Below, piece by piece: positions 54,618 through 64,000 of a stretch of DNA of 64,000 nt. This DNA is from Alistipes sp. (lineage in GTDB: Bacteria; Bacillota; Clostridia; Oscillospirales; Ruminococcaceae). The notes beneath the pieces are model-generated. The model ran no database searches, was not told the origin of the DNA, and saw only the letters and a list, made by a program, of their open reading frames with translations. The stretch spans positions 101,334-165,333 of the forward strand of contig JAMPAJ010000002.1 in assembly GCA_023667265.1 (NCBI GenBank), written 5' to 3'. The stretch's first letter is position 1. The number at the start of each line of letters is the position of its first letter. The translations under genes were made by a program, and so were the position numbers.

Positions 54618-55021
54618 ATGAGCAAAAAAAAACGTTCCGTCTTGAAAACGGAACACCGGTGACGGGCAATGCCGAGGTTTACAAGGCATATGCCAGCAGC
54701 AGAAACAAAGAACGTTACCTGAAACGCAGGCGTGACGAATTCGTCTCAATGTCGCTTGACGATGAAAAAACAGCTTTTGTTTTGAAATCCGACAGCAACG
54801 TTGAGGAAGAAGTCGAAAAGCGTATCCGTATTGAATTGGTGCGTAAAGCTGTTCGGGAGCTTCCCGAAGATGAACGCAAGCTGATATGCGAATATTTTTT
54901 TGAAGATATTTCACTTCGGCGGATTGCTAAAAGATATGGCGTATCTCACACCTACATCAGCGGCAGAATAAGCGATATTCTGATTAAACTCAGGCAGTAC
55001 ATTACTGACAAAAACAATTAA
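54618..55021 (+). pseudogene. Sigma-70 region-4 ICE regulator, frameshifted at an A9 tract (54624-54632)
   Basis: RBS GGAGG plus ATG at 54618 reads to TGA after 14 codons; one extra A gives MSKKKTFRLENGTPVTGNAEVYK..., joining the ORF with LPEDERKLICEYFFEDISLRRIAKRYGVSH. Confidence 0.7.
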
Positions 55022-55490
55022 GTTTAATTGTTTAATGTGCTGATTTTTTGAAAAAAGTCCCTTTTTCGTTTACAGTGAGCGAAAAAATTCACTATATATT
55101 ATAGAGGGGTATATTTTCAAAAATATCTTTCTGAAATATTCGCCGTAGCGAACCTTGAAAACAGAATAGACTGTATCGGAAACAAAACAGCTTGTTTTTT
55201 GTTTTGCCACGACTGCCTGAGAAAATTTTTCGGAATTTCCTTGAACGCGAAGAACCAACTAAGCACACCCACGGTGAAGCAAAGGCACGAGCGATAAGAG
55301 CATTTTGCAAATGATGTACATACAAGAACGAGCTGACAATGATACTTCCGTGTTGAACGCTTCACAGCATTGCACGGCGCACCCACAGGTATGGGACGGG
55401 AGAAAAGTATTCCGATTGCTTTTACTTCATGTGTGACGGAGCAAACCGTCTGTTCGATACGGTCATTAAATTTTTATCGGAGGTGTTTTC

Positions 55491-55673
55491 TTGAAAAACA
55501 ATAGCAATAAATGTGTTAATGTTCAGAAGAAAATCCACAAAAGGGAAATTCACAAATACATTATCGGCAATACTCATTTTACCGTGAGCATTATCAATAA
55601 AAATGAAAATCCCCGTTTGATTTTGGAAAGACTTAAATCTGTTGTTGTTAATCACACGGACATAAAAGTTTAA
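55491..55673 (+). CDS. TnpW-like small protein
   Basis: RBS GGAGG plus TTG; KYIIGNTHFTVSI..LILERLKSVV; located before the recombinase. Confidence 0.5.
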   Translation: MKNNSNKCVNVQKKIHKREIHKYIIGNTHFTVSIINKNENPRLILERLKSVVVNHTDIKV

Positions 55674-57377
<1,704 letters not shown>

Positions 57378-57393
57378 TTGCAATCTCACCTTT

Positions 57394-57420
57394 GTTCGCT
57401 ATGAACACTTATAATGTTCA
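57394..57420. other. Right attachment junction of the ICE
   Basis: GTTCGCTATGAACACTTATA[AT]GTTCA; inverted partner of the left junction. Confidence 0.8.
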
Positions 57421-57941
57421 AGCTTTGCTTTAAGGGACTGCTTCGCCCGGTAGAGCAGATATGTTATCTGGCGGTTGGTCTTGCCCATTATCCTGGCTGC
57501 CTGGGAGGTGTCGAAATCCTCAAAATATATCAGATATAGCACCTGTCTGTATTCCGGCTTAAGCCTCTGGATCGTCCTGTGGAGCATGAGCCTCTGCTCG
57601 TTTTTGATATGCTCCCGTTCTATTTCCTCCTTGTCCGCAAGACTATAGAACTCCTCAATGGGGACAGAGACCGTCCGTTTATTTTTCCTGATGAAGTCGA
57701 TTGCAGTAAATCTTGCAATTGAATAAAGCCAGGTTTTGAATGAGCTTTTCCCGGAGAACCGGGGCTTATTGACATAGAGCTTTACGAATACGTCCTCAGC
57801 TATCTCCTCGGCAGCGCATATATTATCGACAAGGCTGTTCACGTACAGCACGATGCCGTCCCTGTATTCGCGGATCATATCAGTCAGAGCATCTTTATTC
57901 CCTTCGAGAAAACGGCGGTAGCTACTTGCACCGTTATCCAT
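57399..57941 (-). CDS. Host ECF sigma factor with its C-terminus replaced by ICE sequence
   Basis: AEEIAEDVFVKL..FKTWLYSIAR; region 4 YRQVLYLIYFEDFDTSQAARIMGK..YRAKQSLK; ends HYKCS* inside the ICE inverted repeat. Confidence 0.9.
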   Translation of the reverse strand: MDNGASSYRRFLEGNKDALTDMIREYRDGIVLYVNSLVDNICAAEEIAEDVFVKLYVNKPRFSGKSSFKTWLYSIARFTAIDFIRKNKRTVSVPIEEFYSLADKEEIEREHIKNEQRLMLHRTIQRLKPEYRQVLYLIYFEDFDTSQAARIMGKTNRQITYLLYRAKQSLKAKLEHYKCS

Positions 57942-58097
57942 ATTTCAACTCCTTTCTGAAAATATATCTTCACTACTTAGTCGTATGATATGCTGTATTG
58001 TTGCAGATAAAATTGGAAAAAATTTTGCGAGTGGGACAGCCCCCACAGGCAAGTTCGCGCTGCAAATATCTTAAAATTAAATTTTTCCACGCGAGTG

Positions 58098-58126
58098 TTG
58101 CATTTTTGCAATTTATATGTTATAAT
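58098..58126 (+). promoter_or_regulatory. sigma-A-type promoter
   Basis: TTGCAT-17 bp-TATAAT with TG. Confidence 0.65.
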
Positions 58127-58172
58127 GTACTCAATATAAATCCAACTTGAAGCCACGAAAAAGGAGGCATAT

Positions 58173-60530
58173 ATGCCAAGAAAAATTTTGTCCGGAACAA
58201 GACTTATGAAATTTTCCGCCGTACTCTGCGCCGCTGCCATTGCTGCCGCCGTGCCGTACAGCAATTTCTGTCGTCCTCTCCTGTCTGATGCAGCGGAATC
58301 AGACGGAACTGCGGAACAGCCCTTTCCTTTTTTGAGATATTCTGTCGGATACCAGAACTGGGATGACACGGAATATATCACTATTGAAGAATGTGACAAG
58401 GACTATATCGGAAACCTTATCATACCCGAATATATCGAGGGAATCAAGGTTGCGAGCATTTCTTCAGGCGCATTTGAGGAATGTATGAATCTCACCGGAA
58501 TTGATATTCCCAAGAACGTCCAGTCAATAGAAAACCGTGCCTTTGCAGATTGTTTTTCACTGAAAACCGTTATCATCAGAAATGAAATGTGCATGATAGC
58601 TGACAGTGAAGATGTTTTCGGCGACGACCGCAATTTTTACGATGACGATAAGGTCGTCCGGACGCTCTACTCCGCCGCCGATTCCTATGTCTCTGAATAT
58701 GCGCAGAGATACGGCTTGAATTTCAGCTCAGATATACCGGAGCTTGAAGCCTCCCCGACAAATATACTGCCCTATCTCACCTATGATTTAGAATACTCCC
58801 ATGCGACCATCACAGGCTGTGACCCTGCCGCATACGGAAGATTTATGATACCCCAGTATATCGAGGGCATGCCTGTTTCTGAAATCGCTGAGGGAGCTTT
58901 TGAGAACTGCGCAGGTATCAGCGAGCTCCAGCTTCCCGACTCGTTATATTGTATCCGTTCCAGAAGCTTTTATGGCTGTTCGGGACTGAAAATGATCGAA
59001 CTGCCGGAATTGGTGAGGTTTGTAGAGGATAATGCCTTTACCGAGTGCTCTTCCCTTGAAACGGTGATTATCCGTAATCCGGAATGTGAGATCTACAATA
59101 GTCCCGAAACCATCTGCAATACCATTGAGCCGCCGGGATATTCAAGAACTATTTTCTTTGGAACTATCTGCGCTCCTGCCGGTTCACGGGCGGAAAAATA
59201 TGCCAATGACTTCAACTGCGATTTCAGCACTGAAATACCGGAAAGCCCTGTTTTTGCTGAAAATGCACTTCCCTATCTGAGCTATGAGGAGATCGGCGGC
59301 TATATTCGCATTACAAAATGCAGTCCTGACGCATCCGGTAAGCTTATTGTCCCGTCTAATATAGACGGAAAATCTGTCATTGAAATATACAGCAACGCTT
59401 TTATGGACTGCAAAAATATTGTAGAAATTGAGCTTCCGAGCTCAATAATGGCGGTCGATTCATATTCATTTGCCGGCTGTACAAGCCTCAGAAAAATTGA
59501 CCTTGGAAGAGGCGTACATATGATCGGCGATTCCGCCTTTCTCGAGTGCGGCTCTCTGGAAACCGTTATTATCCGCAGCGATTACTGCAATATTTCATCG
59601 GATGCGTTCAATGGATATTTTGAACCCTTTCACGGAACTATTTACGGCTTTTCAGGTTCAACCGCCCAGGAATACGCTGAGAACAATGGCTATAATTTCA
59701 GCGCAGAGATGCCGGACTGCACACATTTTTCAGTTGACAGCGGCTCATATCTGACATTTGAAAATGCTGAGCAAAGGACAATTCTGACTAAGTGCGACCC
59801 AGCTGTTGTGGGAAAGGTCATTATTCCGAAGGTGATAAACGGTACGCCGGTCGAGGAAATTGCGGAAGACGCTTTTATGGAATGTCCGAATATCACGGCT
59901 GTTGTTCTGCCGGACTCTGTTCATTTTCTTAATCCGAGAATATTCGCGAAATGCGAGTCGCTTTGCGAGGTGATTCTTCCTGACTATATATTCAGCATAT
60001 CAAATGAAAGCTTTTTGGAATGTGTGTCTCTGAAAAAGATCAGACTTCCCGAAAATCTCGTAAATATTGGAGGCAGTGCATTTGGAAGATGCCAGAGTCT
60101 TGAGGATATTACCATTCCGGCAAAAGTGAGCGCCATTGAATCGGGAGCTTTTTCAGACTGTGAATCATTGAAGAAAATCACTATTCTTAATCCTCATTGC
60201 AGCATCTACGGCTCAAATTATACAATTTGCAACTCCCATGGAACTGACAGCTTCAGCGGCGTAATTTGCGGATATGACAACTCTACTGCCGACAAATATG
60301 CCGAACAATGCGGTTATGCCTTTGAGAGTCTCGGACCTGCTCCGGAAACGCTGAGAGGCGACGCGAATTATGACGGAATATTTTCAATTTCAGATGCGGT
60401 CATGCTGGAAAGATGGCTGCTTGGCTCAGGAAAGCTGACTGCCCCGGAAAATGTTGATCTTTGCAAGGACGGAGTTATCGACTCTTACGATATGTGCCTG
60501 CTCAGGAAGGAACTGGTTTCGGGTAATTAA
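58173..60530 (+). CDS. BspA-type leucine-rich-repeat (LRR_5) secreted protein with C-terminal dockerin
   Basis: Signal peptide; repeated I...AF..C..L..I.LP; C-terminal RGDANYDGIFSISDAVML..VDLCKDGVIDSYDMCLLRKEL. Confidence 0.9.
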   Translation: MPRKILSGTRLMKFSAVLCAAAIAAAVPYSNFCRPLLSDAAESDGTAEQPFPFLRYSVGYQNWDDTEYITIEECDKDYIGNLIIPEYIEGIKVASISSGAFEECMNLTGIDIPKNVQSIENRAFADCFSLKTVIIRNEMCMIADSEDVFGDDRNFYDDDKVVRTLYSAADSYVSEYAQRYGLNFSSDIPELEASPTNILPYLTYDLEYSHATITGCDPAAYGRFMIPQYIEGMPVSEIAEGAFENCAGISELQLPDSLYCIRSRSFYGCSGLKMIELPELVRFVEDNAFTECSSLETVIIRNPECEIYNSPETICNTIEPPGYSRTIFFGTICAPAGSRAEKYANDFNCDFSTEIPESPVFAENALPYLSYEEIGGYIRITKCSPDASGKLIVPSNIDGKSVIEIYSNAFMDCKNIVEIELPSSIMAVDSYSFAGCTSLRKIDLGRGVHMIGDSAFLECGSLETVIIRSDYCNISSDAFNGYFEPFHGTIYGFSGSTAQEYAENNGYNFSAEMPDCTHFSVDSGSYLTFENAEQRTILTKCDPAVVGKVIIPKVINGTPVEEIAEDAFMECPNITAVVLPDSVHFLNPRIFAKCESLCEVILPDYIFSISNESFLECVSLKKIRLPENLVNIGGSAFGRCQSLEDITIPAKVSAIESGAFSDCESLKKITILNPHCSIYGSNYTICNSHGTDSFSGVICGYDNSTADKYAEQCGYAFESLGPAPETLRGDANYDGIFSISDAVMLERWLLGSGKLTAPENVDLCKDGVIDSYDMCLLRKELVSGN

Positions 60531-60536
60531 GATGAC

Positions 60537-60587
60537 AAAAAACGCCATAGTACTTTTGACTATAAATCAAAATGCTATGGCGTTTTT
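60537..60587. terminator. Bidirectional terminator
   Basis: AAAACGCCATAG ... CTATGGCGTTTT stem between convergent genes. Confidence 0.75.
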
Positions 60588-60589
60588 AT

Positions 60590-61528
60590 TTATTCATCAG
60601 ACCTGTTTCCGCAATAATTGACTATAAAAATTCCTATGCATACAAGCACAAGTGCGGCTAATGCGTTTATGCCGAGAGAGCTGCTTTCTTTCAGCACAAT
60701 GCTCGAGATGATAACTCCGCATACCGGATTCATAAAGCCGAACACGGACACCCTTGACACCGGATTATATTTCAGCAGAACAGACCAAAGGGAATACGCC
60801 GCCGCCGATACAAAGGCAAGATACAGCAGGATCGCTATTGCTCCTGCGTTTATATTCCGGATATTTCCGCCGCAGATAATTCCCGTCAGAGCCATAATAA
60901 CTCCGCCGAGGAAAAACTGCCAGCCGCTTAGCATGACCGGGTTCTCTCCTGCCGAATATTTTTTCATCAGAACAGAAGAAAAGCCGTGTGCGATCGTTGA
61001 TATGAGAATAAAACCATCACCGAGAAAATTAAAGCTTATACCTGCTCTCAGACCGTTCAGGTTAACAGCTATTATTCCTGCAAAGCCCAGTATACAGCCA
61101 ATTATCTTTGGAATAGTCAGTTTCTCGATCCTATAGATAAGCGAGGAGATGAGAATTGACATAAACACATTCGCGGCTACAATTACGGCTGCCTTGACTC
61201 CGGTCGTATGAGCAAGACCGATGTAATAGAAAACATATTGCAGAACTGTCTGGAAAAGGCATATTACCGCGATCTTCGGCAAAGCTCTTTTCGTCGGCAG
61301 AAGAATTTTCCTCGAGGTAACACTGCCTATCGCCACAGCCATAATTCCTGCTATGGCAAATCTTGCTCCGGCGAAAATCATCTGGGACTGCCATTCTCCG
61401 GAGGAGATGCCGAAACGCTGGTAGCCTATTTTCACACCTGAAAACGCGCTTCCCCACAATGCCGAGCAGATAAATGCAAGGACGACCACTACCGGAGTTT
61501 TTGTAAATAGATTTTCCTTTTTTGTCAT
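60590..61528 (-). CDS. DMT/EamA family transporter
   Basis: About 10 TMs; ALWGSAFSGVKIG, ARFAIAG, YNPVSRVSVFGFMNPVCG; start MTKKENL coupled to the upstream gene. Confidence 0.9.
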   Translation of the reverse strand: MTKKENLFTKTPVVVVLAFICSALWGSAFSGVKIGYQRFGISSGEWQSQMIFAGARFAIAGIMAVAIGSVTSRKILLPTKRALPKIAVICLFQTVLQYVFYYIGLAHTTGVKAAVIVAANVFMSILISSLIYRIEKLTIPKIIGCILGFAGIIAVNLNGLRAGISFNFLGDGFILISTIAHGFSSVLMKKYSAGENPVMLSGWQFFLGGVIMALTGIICGGNIRNINAGAIAILLYLAFVSAAAYSLWSVLLKYNPVSRVSVFGFMNPVCGVIISSIVLKESSSLGINALAALVLVCIGIFIVNYCGNRSDE

Positions 61529-61529
61529 A

Positions 61530-62015
61530 TCAATAACCGTCGTTTGTCCTGAGCTTCCGGGCGGCATTCCGCTTGATCGCGCCCTCCCATTCAGCCTTTT
61601 CCGAAAGCGTCTCCACGTCCAGACCGTACCTGACAGGCTGAGGTCTGCCCTCCTCGTCCACGTGAACGCAGATCAGATAGGCGTGGTTTATCGCGCGCCT
61701 TATTCCGGTCTCAATATCCTCAACATATGTGTCAACCCTGACCTCCATTGAGGTATTGCCCACGTAGGTTATTTTTCCGATAAGAACAATTATTTCATTA
61801 ATATATGCGCCGTATTTGAACCGCAGGGTATCTACAGCACAGGTCGTCACAAGTCCGCCGCAGTGACGCATTGCAGTAAGTGCAGCCACCTCATCTATCC
61901 ATTCCATAAGCCTGCCGCCGAAAAGTCTGTTCTGACCATTGATCTCCCGGTACTGCAAAAGCTTTGTGGTCTCAGTAATTGACTCGGAGACCTTTTTATT
62001 TCTGATCCTATCCAT
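61530..62015 (-). CDS. Acyl-CoA thioesterase (hotdog fold)
   Basis: NGQNRLFGGRLMEWIDEVAA, VTTCAVD, YVGNTSMEV. Confidence 0.92.
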   Translation of the reverse strand: MDRIRNKKVSESITETTKLLQYREINGQNRLFGGRLMEWIDEVAALTAMRHCGGLVTTCAVDTLRFKYGAYINEIIVLIGKITYVGNTSMEVRVDTYVEDIETGIRRAINHAYLICVHVDEEGRPQPVRYGLDVETLSEKAEWEGAIKRNAARKLRTNDGY

Positions 62016-62041
62016 AATATCCTCCTCTTTCCTTTTTATTA

Positions 62042-62070
62042 ATTATAACACTTTTTGACGTATATGTCCA
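62042..62070 (-). promoter_or_regulatory. sigma-A-type promoter
   Basis: TGGACA-17 bp-TATAAT with TG. Confidence 0.6.
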
Positions 62071-62263
62071 GAACTTTTTATCACAGAAATTTGCTTTCAA
62101 AGACATCGAATTGTTAAACACCAACATTTTTATTGATGAGTACAGTTTTTATTTTGTTGATTCATACAAATCGACAGATTTTTTCGTCTTTTTTGCCCAT
62201 AAAAAACACTAATTAATAAAAGCTGCTTACATAGCCGCTATAATTAAAAAAGGAGTGTTTTTT

Positions 62264-64000
62264 ATGAAAAAGGTTTTATCAATTCTATCTGCCCTTGCAC
62301 TGCTCACGACATTCTCATGCAGCCAGAAACCGGCAGAGTCCGACCAGCAGAAGCAGACAAGCTATACAGCCGAAAAGCTCAGCGACGTTGTCTCTTATAA
62401 GAAAAACAACCTGCCTGTGCCCGAAAGCTGTTCCCAGATCTGGACATTTATGCCCTACAACAGCGGAGAAGACTATCTCCTCCTTGGCTCGGGAACAAAA
62501 TCCCCTGAGTTCTGGCACACAAAGGATTTCAAGAGCTATGAAACTGTCGATTTTCCGGATTTTGAAATAGGCGCGAATTATACTGTCACCTGCGCAAACG
62601 ACGGCACTGTCGTTACCTTCCTCTCCATGCCGGATCAGGAAATGAACGATGACTGGACATATCCCGAGGGTACGCAGTTTAAATTCATGATAAATACCTA
62701 CAAGGACGGCGCACTCGCTTCTTCGGTTGACGTTGAGGATTTCGGCGTAGAGGCACAGCAGAATTCCTCTATCAGTGAAATTTATACTGACGGTGAAACT
62801 GTTATTGTCGGCGTTTCCGGATCGCTTGAAATGTTTAAAATAACCGGAGAATATGTCGGCGAGCTGACCTCGGAAAAGTACGATATTGACGCTGTCGGAA
62901 ACGACAAGAGCGGCAGATTGATCTGCACCGCAGCAAGTACGGAAAATGATTCCGACGTAATAAAGCTCTGTTATGTCAATGCCGACGGTACGCTGACCGA
63001 CTGCAATTCAATTGCGTATGATTTCTCTGAGACGCCCCAGGGTATTCAGATAGGCTCAGGCGACTACGACCTCTTCATCTGGTCGCGAACAACCGTTTTC
63101 GGCATAAAATCTGACGGCGAGATCGAACCCTTATTTAATATAAACGCAGCCGGTCTGACATCCGATATGATAAATGGCATGATAATTACGGAAAATGGCA
63201 ATATTGCTGTGATAAATAACGATTACAGCACATGGAGCGTATTTTTCAGAGAATTTATACCGCGTACAGCAGAGGAAATGGAGGGTATTCCCGTTCTCAC
63301 TCTCGGCGCTGTAAACGGCGGAGACTATATGTTGCGGGAATATGTGACTGCCTGGAATGACGAGGGGCACGATTTTATTCTTGAATACAAGGATTACCAG
63401 AGCGAGTGGGATATTGAAACCGGAGTCAGCAATATTAGTGGGTTACAGGAGGATATGCTCACAGGAAATTTGCCGGACATTATGATAGGAGAAGACAGCG
63501 ACTTTAATGAACTTGCACGAAACGGAGCACTTTGCGATCTGTATGAATTTATAGACAACGACGATACGTTAAGCAGAGATTCATTTTTCCCGAATGTGCT
63601 GAATTGCTTTGAGAATGACGGTAAGCTGTACAGCCTTTCTGACAGATTTTATCTTGATGCAGGACGTGTGGCTAAGACAAAATTTGTGGGCGACGGTTCA
63701 GACTGGAACCTGGATAAGACTGTCGATGTTCTGACTGAATATTCTGATAATATAGAGATCGAATATGACAGCAAACAGCAGAGATTATCTTATATCATTT
63801 CCTATCCAGAATGGATAGACAGGGAAAATGCAACTTGTCATTATACTGACGAGAGCTTCATAAAATACCTTGAATGGTGTAATATTCCCGATAACATCGA
63901 ATCGGAATATCCCGACTGGGAGGAAAGGACTGATGAGGAGGAACAGGCTGATTATATCAGACAACAGCGCAGATATATTGACGACAAGGCGATATTTGCA
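62264..64000 (+). CDS. Lipoprotein, extracellular solute-binding-like; partial (runs off the right edge, absent from the ORF track)
   Basis: RBS AAGGAG; MKKVLSILSALALLTTFSC lipobox; later GNLPDIMI..GALCDLYEFIDND..CFENDGKLYSL. Confidence 0.8.
   Translation, partial: MKKVLSILSALALLTTFSCSQKPAESDQQKQTSYTAEKLSDVVSYKKNNLPVPESCSQIWTFMPYNSGEDYLLLGSGTKSPEFWHTKDFKSYETVDFPDFEIGANYTVTCANDGTVVTFLSMPDQEMNDDWTYPEGTQFKFMINTYKDGALASSVDVEDFGVEAQQNSSISEIYTDGETVIVGVSGSLEMFKITGEYVGELTSEKYDIDAVGNDKSGRLICTAASTENDSDVIKLCYVNADGTLTDCNSIAYDFSETPQGIQIGSGDYDLFIWSRTTVFGIKSDGEIEPLFNINAAGLTSDMINGMIITENGNIAVINNDYSTWSVFFREFIPRTAEEMEGIPVLTLGAVNGGDYMLREYVTAWNDEGHDFILEYKDYQSEWDIETGVSNISGLQEDMLTGNLPDIMIGEDSDFNELARNGALCDLYEFIDNDDTLSRDSFFPNVLNCFENDGKLYSLSDRFYLDAGRVAKTKFVGDGSDWNLDKTVDVLTEYSDNIEIEYDSKQQRLSYIISYPEWIDRENATCHYTDESFIKYLEWCNIPDNIESEYPDWEERTDEEEQADYIRQQRRYIDDKAIFA

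Overview
Low-GC Firmicute chromosome segment. Two dockerin-bearing genes suggest a cellulosomal Ruminococcus-type host (inference). About 50.5 kb (6882-57415) is an integrative conjugative element (ICE) of the Tn1549/CTn-like type. It encodes a replication-initiator-like wHTH, PcfB, VirD4, Maff2/VirB2, VirB6, PrgI, VirB4, a CD1108-like protein, TopB, a C5-MTase, a toprim protein, a 3206-aa MTase/SNF2 helicase, ParA/ParB, relaxase/MobC and a large serine recombinase. The ICE is inserted in the last codons of a host ECF sigma gene, separating it from a downstream anti-sigma-like dockerin gene; the ends are marked by 20-bp imperfect inverted repeats. Most notable observations: (1) 13 copies of the palindrome GTGTGTCAC-N-GTGACACAC, all seen inside the ICE and mostly at gene junctions, resembling parS with an extra central base, plus two membrane proteins carrying a copied ParB C-terminal tail; (2) a TnpV-like gene overprinted in the +1 frame of the giant helicase; (3) a shared C-terminal LFS(R)..DD(F/Y)xPT..L motif on several ICE proteins, a candidate T4SS export signal; (4) a promoter-ncRNA-terminator-PBECR4 RNase module with type III TA-like layout; (5) a radical SAM-ParB fusion; (6) an unannotated 56-aa double-glycine-leader Cys/His peptide upstream of a C39 peptidase ABC exporter. 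Family assignments come from motif recognition by eye, not database searches, and the repeat scan was manual.
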